Assembly (NCBI RefSeq): GCF_009914755.1
Contig: NC_060927.1
Source of the DNA: the human T2T-CHM13v2.0 reference genome, Homo sapiens
Length of the DNA: 64,000 bases
Strand: one strand, 5' to 3'
Under the pieces are notes generated by a model. That model ran no database searches and was not told where the DNA came from. It saw only the letters and a list, made by a program, of their open reading frames with translations. The translations under genes were made by a program, and so were the position numbers. Of the stretch, positions 1 through 11,747 are shown in pieces. Position 1 is the stretch's first letter. Each line of letters begins with the position of its first letter.

Positions 1-1716
1 ATATGATTAAAGAAATAAAGATATATAACATTATTTCACACCTGGGTGCTGTGGAGTAACATTCATACCACTACTTATGATTATTTAGTAATATCTTGTT
101 TATGGAGGTTTTCATAGCAAATTTTCCAATTGGAATTTTAACACTACACCAAGGAACTTGTCAGTTTCAGTACGTGTGTGTGTCTAAACAGTGATGATCT
201 TTGTGAGATGGTGTACAATCTGTATTCCTGCAGCTCTTCCCTGTTTATAAAAACATTATTTTTTTTTTGTTTCCTGCAGTGGTCTTTTAGGGTAGGCAAG
301 GATCATTACCCTCCATTTTACAGAGCCTCAGAGAGATCAGGGAACTTTCTGAAAGTCACAGGCTTGGTGGGCCTCAGGCAGGGCTTCAGATGCAGACATT
401 TGGATTTTGAGTTCTGAGTGTGATCAGCCACTGCACACAGAGCCAGGAATGGAACTTCTAGGCTGCCCGTTTTCACTTGGTACCAGAAAGGTAGGTTGGA
501 GGTGAGGAGTGTCAGAATTGCCCCTCTCTTGGCCTCCTGTATGAAAAATAGAATAGCTTTTTTATAATGAAAGTATAATTGACCTACAGTAAAATGCAGA
601 CACTAAGTGCACAGGCTAATCAGTTTTGATAAATGCAGACATGCATACAACCTACATCTGATCAAGATGTAGAACATTTCCATCACTCTGGAAACATTTC
701 CATCACTTCATATCCCTTGTCAATCAACTACCCCTCCCTCTCTGTTCTGCTAGCAACCTCTGTTCTGATTTCTGTCCCATATATTTGGAGAACTTATTTA
801 AGAAATTTCTGTTTCGGTCACCTGCAGTAAGGGCCAAGCGAACAGCAGCGACTTTGTCATTCCTTTTGGTTGCCATGGTCAGGCTGGAGCCAGTCTACAT
901 GTGAGCCAGTTGGATGGGTCTGCCAGCTGTCACTGAACAGAGGCAGAGTCTCTGTGACAACAGCGCCCTTATGCATTCTAACAGGTAGTGAGTGTCATTT
1001 AAGCAGCTTCGAGACCTTGCCTGAGGTTCTTGTTCACTTGCACATAGCATACCAATGGAATCAAGTTAATGTTGACATAAAAAAGATGTCAGCTCCATCC
1101 CAATCTACCTCTGTGAAGAGCAGGTATAATCCCGTAAACATCTATTCTGGGGGCTCCCCTTGGGAGAGAGACCCTCCCCTGCACACAGGCTTGGGAAGAC
1201 TGAGTCATGCTTTAGAGCCCATTAGCCAACATCTTCTTCAATAGCAATCGCCACTACTCCCTTTTATTTGTAGTTACTCTATGGTAACTCTGTGGAGATG
1301 ACGTGCATGTGGGGGCCACTGCCCTTTGTGGAAGGAATTAGATTTGAGGAATTGGACTATCGATAGAAGGTGGCTGGGCAAGTGACGAATCAGAGTCAGG
1401 AGATGGTTCTGAGGAAAGAGACCTGGCTGCCCAGTACTGTGCCCCGTATCTGAGCCCCATTTCTAGTCAGGAAAGGTCTTTCATGGGGTGGGGCCAGCCA
1501 GGATGGTCCAGCCTACTTGCATCCTCCCCCAATTGGCATTCTAGGCAATTTCTTGAAAGGACATTCCTTGTCTTCTTCTCACACGGCTTGAGTGAGTACA
1601 CTTTGTTCTAGGAGCAAGATCCAGCCCATCCCAGGCTGAGATCTCTTTCTGTCCTGGTTAGGAACAGGGGCCAAGAGAGGCTGCCATGGGAAACACATGG
1701 CTCAGCCTGAGATGAG

Positions 1717-2678
1717 CATTCTCAGCAGACTCTTACTTCCATTACAAGCAGCAGTAGTAGGAAGCAATGTTTTTGGAGAGCGTCCACTGCACTCTCCTTG
1801 GTCTTGCCAGTGAAGTGCAGGGGCGGGGACCAGCTCACCTTCACATTCCTGGCCATGAAGGTGAGAATGGATCCAGACAATAATGTGTTTTCATTTGTGG
1901 TTGCTTATCTTTTGTCTCCAACTGGCAAGCTGGAATGATGTTGGCACCACACGACAACAGCAGGGAGTCACAGCCTTTTCATAAATGCATGGAGAAATGA
2001 GGCATCAGCAGGTACAGGTTACAGTGACTCAGGTGGGGCACAGGAATTTCATGATTTTAAAAAAGGATTCCAGATTCTTCTGTTCTCCTTGCCAAAGGCT
2101 AGTCAATTTTCCCAGTTGCTTCTCTATTGCCCCCATCTTATTCAAAACTGCACAAATTCAAATGACCCCACTTCATCTAGACAAAAACGTAAAAAGAAAA
2201 GACAGTCAATCAAGATTCTGCTTGATTAACATCTTGGGAGAAGGCTAACATGAGTCTTCAGGGATGAAAATAAATGGCTCTGAGCCTGGGCTGTGGTCAT
2301 AAACCTGACCTTGTCACTGCCTAAGCGAGGAAAGCAATGGAGGAAATTAGAGCTCTCGTTCCAGTGTGATTACAATTGTACCCTTAACAGGACATGACAA
2401 TGTTTTTTGGCATTCAATTATGTTTTGCTATGCGTGCATGCATACACTCACACACTCACACACGCAGAGCTAGAATTGAAATCATCTCAAGTGAGAATTC
2501 TTGTGATGCATTTAAGGGGCCTGCATTTGACAAGTTGCTACCTAGTTATGGACTAAAATCTCACCAGGCACCCCCATAGCTTATCGCCTGTCATTTCAAA
2601 ACAAAGACATCCTGCTTCCCCTTTCTGTGTCACACCTCATCGACTCATTCTCAGCAGACTCTTACTTTCATTACAAGC
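1717..2678 (+). repeat. 33-bp dispersed direct repeat (1717-1749 and 2646-2678, one mismatch)
   Basis: CATTCTCAGCAGACTCTTACTT(C/T)CATTACAAGC occurs twice. Confidence 0.9.
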
Positions 2679-4439
2679 TCGGTGCCACCTCCCGGACTTT
2701 CATCAGATGAAAACTTGAAAGAAAAAAAAAACCCATTCCATGTTTTGACTTGGACTCTAGGTGTTGTTATTCTCTCAGTCCAGCTTGAGAAAAAAAAAAA
2801 AAAAGCCCACCCCACGAGGGGGCAGGCCTGCTTTCCTGTCTCCTGCCACCACACAGTCTCTGAAGTGTGTGAAGAAGAGAGGAAGAGACAATTAACACTC
2901 AGCACCAATCTGCATTTCCTTTTTAGCTGCCATTTACACGCTGCTCAGGTTTTGAAAACCAGCATTTCATGCTACTCCCTAGAGAGCCAGCACCAGCTTC
3001 AGCAGGATCCATCTGCACAGCACTCACATTGCTGAAATCTTCAGCCAACCCAGAATTCATTTATTTATTTTTTGAAAAAAAATGAGAGAGAGGAAGTGAG
3101 AGAGTACGAGTGAGAGAGCAAGCAAGCGGGTGAAAATAATAGATTAGAATCTGGTAATATTTAATGTGCACGCTTGACCAATCCCTGCGCTGGTCCAGGC
3201 AGGGGTGAGTCAGTGGAGTTTTTCTTTGATCATCTTCTAGATTAGTGTGAGCAGCGAGCGAATGAGCAAGAGCGTGTGACAACAGAGGATGACAGGCTGT
3301 GAGGTTCGAAGCAGGAAGGACACACTCCATAAGTCTCGGCACTGCTCATCAGCCCATGTGTCAGCACGCTCTTGCTGATGGGAGCAGCGGGGAGAAACGC
3401 CATACTGGGAAGTCACTGCTGGTGTGGGACAAGTTACAAGATGCTTCTGGGGGAGGAAAATGTGTATCATCAACTCCTCAGGTCTGGCCAACTTGCTTTA
3501 TTTCCTTTAGCCCCCAAAGGGTGGAGCATTGAAGCATAATAGCTTCAATAAGCTTTGTTATTTTAACATTATTATTTTTTAAACTGAATTCACCACCACA
3601 GGAGGTCACAGAGTCAATGGTCACAGCTGGCTTTTAAAAAAGGGTTGAGTCATTTTGTGATTGATAAAACAGACTCAGCCTGAGATGAGGGCAATCAGGT
3701 TTCCTGCTTGAAGGCATCAGTTGATCACTACAGGGGTCGGAAAGAAGTGTTTTTCTTACGCAAGTTCTGGCATAATAGTCTAGGTGAATGCAAAAAAAAA
3801 AAAAGTTAGTCTTTTGATTTGTTTGTTTTTGTTTCTAAGAGAGAGCAGAACTAAAAAGCCCATCCTTACCTCAGTAGACCAATGAGTGGTCTGATTCCAT
3901 CTGGCTCTGCTGCTCAGATGGCAGTTGTGATGATAGTCATGCTACAGACACATTTACCAACTAAGCAGTGCAGACAGTACTCTGCATTGGCCCAGATTTA
4001 CCTAGGAACAAGCACAGGTGTGCTCAGATAAGGAAAATACCTTAGGTCAGGAGGTGGGGTGAGCACATGGTTGTTAAAATAGAATTTAGTGAGTTAAAAA
4101 AAAAACCAGTAAACCAACACAAGACTCATAAGTACCCTATAGTATCTGCGGATGCCGTTACACGTCAAGTTAAACCACATCTTCTCAGGATACAGGGGTG
4201 TTTTGCAGCTCTCACATTAACACAGATGTGTAACGTGGGTTTCTCAGCCTATCAGAGATGGGGCAAGATAGGGTTATAATAAACAGCTTTTGTTTGTTTT
4301 GGCTCTGCCCTTACTAGGGGAGACTTCCAACCTTACCAATTCTCAAATAGTTCTTGGAGTCCCTGGTGAGAAGGATGCCCCTCTTCCACCATTCTGACTT
4401 AATGACACTGGAGCCACACTGCATGGGTTCAAATCCCAA

Positions 4440-6050
4440 ACTCATTCCTCCACTCAAAATGTATTTAAGGGAGTGCCCACTGTGAACTTGACATTATTCT
4501 AGATGCTGAGGAAAGAGCCATTCCACATTTTCCTGTAATTTTGGTTCTAGTGAAGGTGTAGAAATGCAAATAAATAAACAAGTAAATGTATAATATTTCA
4601 GATAGAATATTATAGAGATGCTGTGGAGGGAACAAAAGCCTACTTGAGATGTCTTCAACAGAAGACAAGAAGAATGAGAGAGAGAGTAAGAACAACCATT
4701 TTAAGAAGTTTGCTGCAAGGGGGAAAGAAATGGAGTCGTTTGACTTAGGAGTGGAATCCCAGGGAAATTTCTTGTTGCTGTTGTTGTTTGTGGTTTTGAT
4801 TGGAGAAATAGCATCACGTTATTCTGATCCATGTTATTAATTATTCTCACATTATTCTAGTTCTGATTCAGTAGAGAAGGAAAATAGATGATGCTAAAGC
4901 AATGTCCTTGGGTGGCGTGAGGGGTTGGGATCTGGTGCAAAGTGGAGGGGTTGGCTTTAGGTAGAAAATACACAGTTCATCCAGAGCAGCAGGAGTGAAG
5001 GTAAACGCATGGACATAGTGTAGAAAGATGTGAGGGTAGAAACTTGTGCAAGTTCTTTTTCTAATTGCTCCGATTTTCTCAGTGAAGTAGGAAGCAAAGT
5101 TATCAGCTGACAGTGTGGAGGAAAAGAATGTGTTGGAGATTTGAAGAGAGAGAGGAAGATGTGAAATAGTCCTGGAAAAGTGAGTTGACTAGGGAAATAG
5201 AGTAGGCTGCCACGCTACACTAAGGGCTCACTTGTGGTTTGTGATGATAACTTTAAAGTGAGACCAGTCAGCATGGTTGTTTTCTTTGGGTATATTTGGC
5301 TGGTTTGGTACAGGCATGGAGAAGTGGAGAGCTGGCCAAGAGTTTTGTCAGCTGAGTATGACAAAGAAAGAGAGGGTTGAGGCAGTTGAAGGAGTGTGCA
5401 GTGAGTAACACATCATGGTCCATGAAATCTAAACTAGGTGGGAAGAGAAGTAGGGAATGAAGGGAGTGAAAGACAATAAAAAGGTTCCAGGAACAATGGT
5501 TTTTAGGTCTCTGTGTGGTCCACGAATTGTTGGAGTTGGCAGACTAGAGAAGGTGAGCTGGTAAGAGGAGGCGGAGGTCCGAGAGGGAGAGGGTGAAACA
5601 TGGTGCAGCTGCAGTTGTAGTTGTTGATGATGACTAGGCAGGGGCATGAACTTGTGTTGCTAGCAAAGGTAGAGTAGAACCAGAATCACTGGGAGAGAGG
5701 AGGTGAGATAGTTGGGGGGCCAGCACTCTGGGAGGAGCATCTCCCTGCAGGTCCGGTACATCTCTGGGGGCAGTTTTCTTGTTGTTTTTTATGTGAGTAA
5801 TGCCCTGCTGGAGCCCAGCTCTGTGAAGTCTAAAAGGATGTTGAAAGCACCAAGAATTACAATATAAGTAGCTTTGGAAGGGGTTCAACCAAACTGACAT
5901 CTTCAAGCAATGGGTCAGAGGAAAGCGAGGTCAGGAGATGACTGCACTAAGGACCCAGGGAGGACAATGGCTTAGAAGTGGTGATGAACAGAAAGGAAGA
6001 CACTCAACTTACCCTCCAACCTAGGGCTCTAAAGGAATGAGGAGAAGACG
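4440..6050 (-). mobile_element. L2 fragments
   Basis: Purine-rich diverged sequence typical of L2; identified by composition and motif only. Confidence 0.5.
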
Positions 6051-6079
6051 TTTGAATGGTTGCAGAGACTCCATTTGTT

Positions 6080-6240
6080 AATTATGTGACTCAGAAAATT
6101 ATTTAACCTCTGTATGCCTCAGTTATCCCAAATGCAAAATGGAGATAATAATTGTACCTCTCTCACAGGGTTGTTCTGAGGATTCAATGAGGCAATGTCT
6201 GAAATGCATTTATCACAGTACCTGGTGCAGAGTGAGTATG
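6080..6240 (+). mobile_element. MIR
   Basis: MIR core TTAACCTCTGTATGCCTCAGTT...AAAATGGAGATAATAAT. Similar MIR pieces at about 8340-8490, 9880-10130, 15770-15980 and 39850-40060. Confidence 0.7.
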
Positions 6241-7592
6241 GATAGATTTTTAATTGAAGCAGTTTTATCAGCTATCTAGGTCACCAGAGCCCCAGTATTT
6301 CTGAAGGGACAGAATGAGCTTTTGGCAGGTACTGAGGAGCTTCTCAAGGAGGGTGAGCACAGATGCTGACTTAGCCATGAGAGGCACAGTTCAGAGAGGA
6401 GGGTAAGGAAAACAGGCCCACAGCCAAGACAGAACAATTAAATATGTAGGGAGCTGAGAGGCTTGACAGAAGAAGTGGAAGTAAAACATGTTTCTAGTCA
6501 GGGCTATGAGGAGGGTTGCCTGGAGGCTCTATTGGTAATTGATGTGCCTCTGACAATAATTAGAAACAATTTCTGGGGACTTACAGGGTACAATCACCTA
6601 GTGATATTATTTACCACAGAGAGTAGTGTCTGAGTTGAAAATGGATGTTATTGTTTCCTGAGAGCACATTACAAGGTGACTTCATGGTGAATAGATTTTT
6701 CAAGATATTTGACATTCATTGACTTTCTATTTAGCTCCTCTTACTCACAGAGGCCATTACTCTAATGACAATACCTGGATTTATCTCTGTTAATGGCAGA
6801 AGACATGTGAAAGATAAATCCTCGTTGTGTGGGCCTCCAAATCATGAATGCGACAGCTTTGCCTTCCCAAGCCTCTTAGATACCTAAGGGATTCTGAGAG
6901 TGTGGAAGGCCCAGGGCATAGCCTCACCCCAGTTCAAGAAATCCTCAACCACTAATGCCAAGGGACCGGACTAGCACAAATTGTCTTGTCTTTTTCTAAT
7001 GTGAGCTTTATTTTATGTCACTTGGGACTAAGTAACATAGTGTATATAAAATAGCACAGAGCCTGGCTCATAGTGAGCACTCAGGAAGTGTTGACTCAAG
7101 AATTATTGTTTTCTTGAGTTCTTCTGATAAGACCTAGGGGGCCTCCCATATTTGGCATACTTCAAGCCCTGGGGAAGGGATCAGGGTTGGGGGAGAATCA
7201 GTGGCATTTGGACAATGGTGCTGGAGAGCGGTATTCCCCTGAGGAATCCCAAGATTCGGTGGCTTGGTTTTTCTTTCAGTTGGCTTCTCTTTGTGTATAA
7301 GCTTGGAGGCAAGATGCCAAATTACAGCTCACCTACAAGGGTATTACATAGGGGTTTGAAGTCAAAGCTTTATAGATTGAACAGTATCAATTTGGCTTCC
7401 ATTCCTTCTGCATTGGAAGTCAAATGGGAACGGAGATAGGGTCCAGGGAAGGAGACAGGAGGGGGCATCTATGATTGTAACCTAGCCTCCAAGCTGAGGG
7501 ACAAAAGGAGTCCCAACAGCTTATCCCATGTTCTAGCCCAGCTCGCCGAGATGGGAAACAATACTTAAGGCATGTTGAAGTCTAAGCCCTAC

Positions 7593-7790
7593 AGATGGTT
7601 TCCCAAAAGAGCGTTATTGGCATTTTGGGAGGAACGATTCTTTATTGGGTGGGACTGCCCCTGGCAGTGCAGGGTTATAGAACACCTGTTGCCTGTGCCC
7701 ATTACATGTTGATAGAGTCTCCCATCCACAGGCACTGCGATAACCAAAAATCTCTACACATTTCATAACTTGCCCAGGTTGAAAACCTTA
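7593..7790. mobile_element. MER20 DNA transposon
   Basis: GGCATTTTGGGAGGAACGATTCTTTATTG...AACCAAAAATCTCTACACATT...GTTGAAAACC. Confidence 0.65.
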
Positions 7791-10700
7791 GTATGAGTGA
7801 CAACACGCCTGGCATGTCCTCGGTGCAAATAGACTTCTCTGCAAATGTGACTGCACACCAGCTGGCTGGCCAGCTACCTGGCCTCATCTGAGTCACTCCC
7901 TCGTCGCAGTTTGAGAATGGTGGAGGCTGGCAGAGCAGTCTCCCGAGACTGAACAAGTATTTAAAGACTGTAGATCCTGGCTGTCCCCTTCGTGGAGATG
8001 CGACCCTCTGTGCAAGGGCTGTATTAGTCACACTACCTTCAGTCATGCATAAGTGTCCCAGTTCATCACATACCACCTGCAGGGGGTGTGTTTACTCTGA
8101 AGCTAATGAAGCTTTAAGATTTGGAGCCTCTTTCAAGGCTCGTGTATGAAAGAAACTTGATAGAATTCCCAAATTTGAAACAATCCTAAAATTTTATATG
8201 ACATTACCAATAACGCCTCATCTGAAAAATTTGGCTGTGGAATGATATTAAGAATAGCTACAAAGTGTTACAAGTCTGCGTGTGTCAGACAATATATACT
8301 ACATGCTTTCAACCTTCCCGTGAGTTCATTTTTTATTATACTTATTTAATAATTGAGGAAATTGAAGAAGAGGGAAGTCAAATGCCTTGCCTAAGATCAC
8401 ACAGGCAACAGGGCTAAGCATCAGGATTTGAACTTCAAACTTTCTGATTCCAAAGCCCCACATGCTCTGGATTAGGTTACACTGCCTCTCAGGCAGGGGT
8501 CATAATTAATGCATGGAGATGCTGGTTCAAGTAAAGGTGTGAAGAGTGGGACTCCTGGGCTTATCTGACCACAGTGGGTGAAGGACAAGTGCAGGGTCCC
8601 TGAGGAGATGCGTGTTTGGCTGACAGGGCAGAGAGTGTGCTAGCAGGCTAAGGGGGAAATCCCTCTGGGAGGGATGGCAGACAGACAGAGGTGGAAAGTT
8701 GAAGACATTGACCAGGAAGAGTCAAATGGTCTGTTTTGAATCTCAGCTCAATCTGGAATGTTCTGTTCCTGAAAAAGGAGTGACGTTCCCCTCCTCTTTG
8801 CTGACTACATAACACAGAGCCCTCAGATTTGCAAGTTAGAGAGCAGAGGTGCAGGGTCAGGCAAGCGGACAGAAAAATCAGCAGCAAGTATTTCCCTGGC
8901 AGACTGTACTGGAGGGAGCAGCCATCTGAGGAGAGTTGTTGGTAAGGATTTGGCATTTGAAGTATTTTTGAACAAGTGCAGGTGCTGAGAATGTATATTT
9001 TCAAAAAAAATAGTAAATAAAATAAAGTCACCTTACAAGAAAGAGACAATGTGAACTAATGTGGGCAAGAACGGCACCCATTTGTCAGAGAGAAAAAGGA
9101 TGTCACAGTAGGAGAACTCCAGAAGGGTCAGAAGGAGACACATTTTCTTACCCACAATAGGCGAAAGTGTTTCTCCAGTTTGTCAGTGAAGAAGGGTTAG
9201 AAATGTACATGAGAAACCCCTTTTATATCACTGATTCAGTCTTGTGTACAATAACGCTTAAATAAACAATGTGTAGTGTTCATCACAATATAGATTCATA
9301 TTACCAACGACTCTCTTTTTTTGCCATCATAAAGAGTTAAGGATTCCCTGTGTAATTTGACAATTAGCAAAATGAAAATGCACATCTTACCAGTCACTTG
9401 TTGGAATGTATCTTACAGAACTACTAGCATGGGTATATAAAGATATAGGGACAAACAAATTTATTATAGCACTTGTTGAATAAATTATGGTTCGGCAGCA
9501 GTGGTTTACTACCAGTCATTTCACAAGGTTTGAATAGATGTGTTATATTAAGTGAAAAAAGCAATGTGCAAAAAAATCTTGTGCAGTGTGCAGTCTTATT
9601 AAGAAACACTGTACATGTGTGCATGTGCCTATATGTAATTGTATAAACAGAGGAAAACAGTCTGAGAGGACAGTGGATACATTTGAGTGCTGAAGTCAGA
9701 AATAAGAAAGGATTCTCACTTTTTAATTTATATCCTTCTCAAAAAGGTAGAAGTGGTGGGATTGTGGGTGATTTTTACTTATTTATTTTTTGTGCCTTCT
9801 TTATGTTTTCCCAAATTTCCTATAGAGAACCTGTGTTCTGTAAATGAAGCTTTTATGATTAAGCTTCATTTCTGCCTGGGAAGCAGTGCAGTGTAGAGGC
9901 TAAGCCTATGGGTTCCGAAGTCGGAATACCTGGGTTTACATTCCAGCTCTACATCTATGCAGGGGATGATGATTGTGGATGAATGACTTCGCCTCTGTGT
10001 GCCATAGTTTCCTCTTCTGTAACATGGAGGTACTAACAGTATTCCAGTCCATGAGACTGTTGGGAGTATTGCGTGAGACCCTTTGTGTAAAGGGTGTGGT
10101 CAGGGTGTAGGAAGTGTTGGCCATTATTATTGGATGTGGAAAGATCAAGCTCAGGGGCACAGGTAGACAGATTGATGTGAGCAAAGGGCTATGCTTTCCT
10201 CGTTTTCCTCTGAGACTGGAGAGAAAGAGCCCAACTGGAGGCAGAAACAAGCTGCTGCAAAGAGGAGAGTAGAGGCTGGACTTGCTCAGGTTGCTTTTCT
10301 TCTCTTGTTAGAGAACAGGAGAGAGAGCCACAGGGAAAAGATCTGGAATGACCTTTTGTTTCAGTTCCTGCCCACCTTTCTTGTGGTCCAGCAGTCATTT
10401 CCTTTCTTCTGCAGGCCTTATTCCTGCCCAATTCTCTGGGAATGGAGAATGAATGTGTGCGCCAAGGGCCTGTCCTCACCCCTTTCCACTGAGAGGTAGG
10501 GACAAGGGATTCCACTTTTCCTTCCAAGTTTTGAAATCCCCTAAGCAAATCCTGTCCAGGCTGGACCCGTCACAGTATTTCATCAGCTTCCACCATTCTG
10601 AGGCTTGGACAAATGATTAGACACCAGGAGCTGGGTTCTGCCCACAGCGGAAATTGGTTTCTCAGAATTTACTGTTTGACGCTAAAGCCTCGGTTGCTGA

Positions 10701-11040
10701 AAATGACTCATGGCTCCATTTGTGATTCGTTTTCAGATAAATCACAGGCCAGACAATCCAGTGTATTTGAAAGCCACAGTGGCCGATTCAGGGTCTCAGC
10801 ATGTTTAGGCTCTTTGACTTGACTGGTTAATGTACCAGGAAAGGCCTGAAGTAGGTAAAAAGGGTCACCTGTTGGTCATATAAAGACAACTATACACCGA
10901 AAAACAAGTGAGCATTATGGGAGCTTCATGTCTGAGAGCAGCCTTCCCTCATGTTAGCTTAGATGGCAGCTATGCCAGTTTGCTCTTGAGATCAATCACA
11001 GCTCTAAGAATTCAGGTGCAGACACACATGCATTGTCACT

Positions 11041-11112
11041 ATCCAAGATGCTTCAGAGCATCTTGGCCACATCCAAGATGCTTCAGAGCATCTTGGCCAC
11101 ATCCAAGATGCT
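11041..11112. repeat. 30-bp tandem repeat (2.4 copies) containing a perfect 10-bp hairpin
   Basis: Unit ATCCAAGATGCTTCAGAGCATCTTGGCCAC; CCAAGATGCT and AGCATCTTGG are reverse complements. Confidence 0.95.
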
Positions 11113-11583
11113 ATGGCCTCAGTCATGACAGATAGCTTCACCTCCCACATATTTCTGTTCCCCTCACCTTTGCCCTCTGCTCCCTGCCCCTAAGCTCTCA
11201 TGGGAGACTTGCTTATATCTGATACCTAAGATATCTTTGCCTTTCCAAGCCAGTGCCTGCTCTCCCATGGATGGTGTTTTTATGTTGCTTTTCTGATTGG
11301 CTAGCTCCAAAACATTCTGCATGACCCCATTCAACTATAATGTGCTCTGTAATGCCTTTCTAGAGCCTTCTATGCAGAATTGATTACCTTTAACTTGGTC
11401 CCTCCTAACACTGTTCATACTTATCTCTCTTATTTTCTTTTACCATTTATTTATTGTCTATACTTATTTCTCTTACTGTAGTTTGTTATATAGGTGACCA
11501 GCAGTCCTCAAACTTTAGTGGTCATAAGAATTTAAAAGCAGCAGAATCAATAAGAATCTATTAAACACCTATGATATGCAGGC

Positions 11584-11747
11584 CCAGGATTGAGAAAACA
11601 GTGTACTACTATTCCACCTAGGATTGGGAAAATAGTGGAATACTATTCCACCTAGGATTGGGAAAATAGTGGACTACAATTCCACCTAGAATTGGAAAAA
11701 TAGTGGGCTACTATTCCACCTAGGATTGGGAAAATAGTGGGCTACTA
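11584..11747. repeat. 34-bp minisatellite, about 4.8 copies
   Basis: Unit TACTATTCCACCTAGGATTGGGAAAATAGTGGAC at 11607, 11641, 11675, 11709 plus partial copies. Confidence 0.93.

Noticed and set aside
11041-11747. CRISPR-like appearance of short palindromic repeats
   Set aside because: Repeats are contiguous without unique spacers, there are no cas genes, and the context is mammalian.
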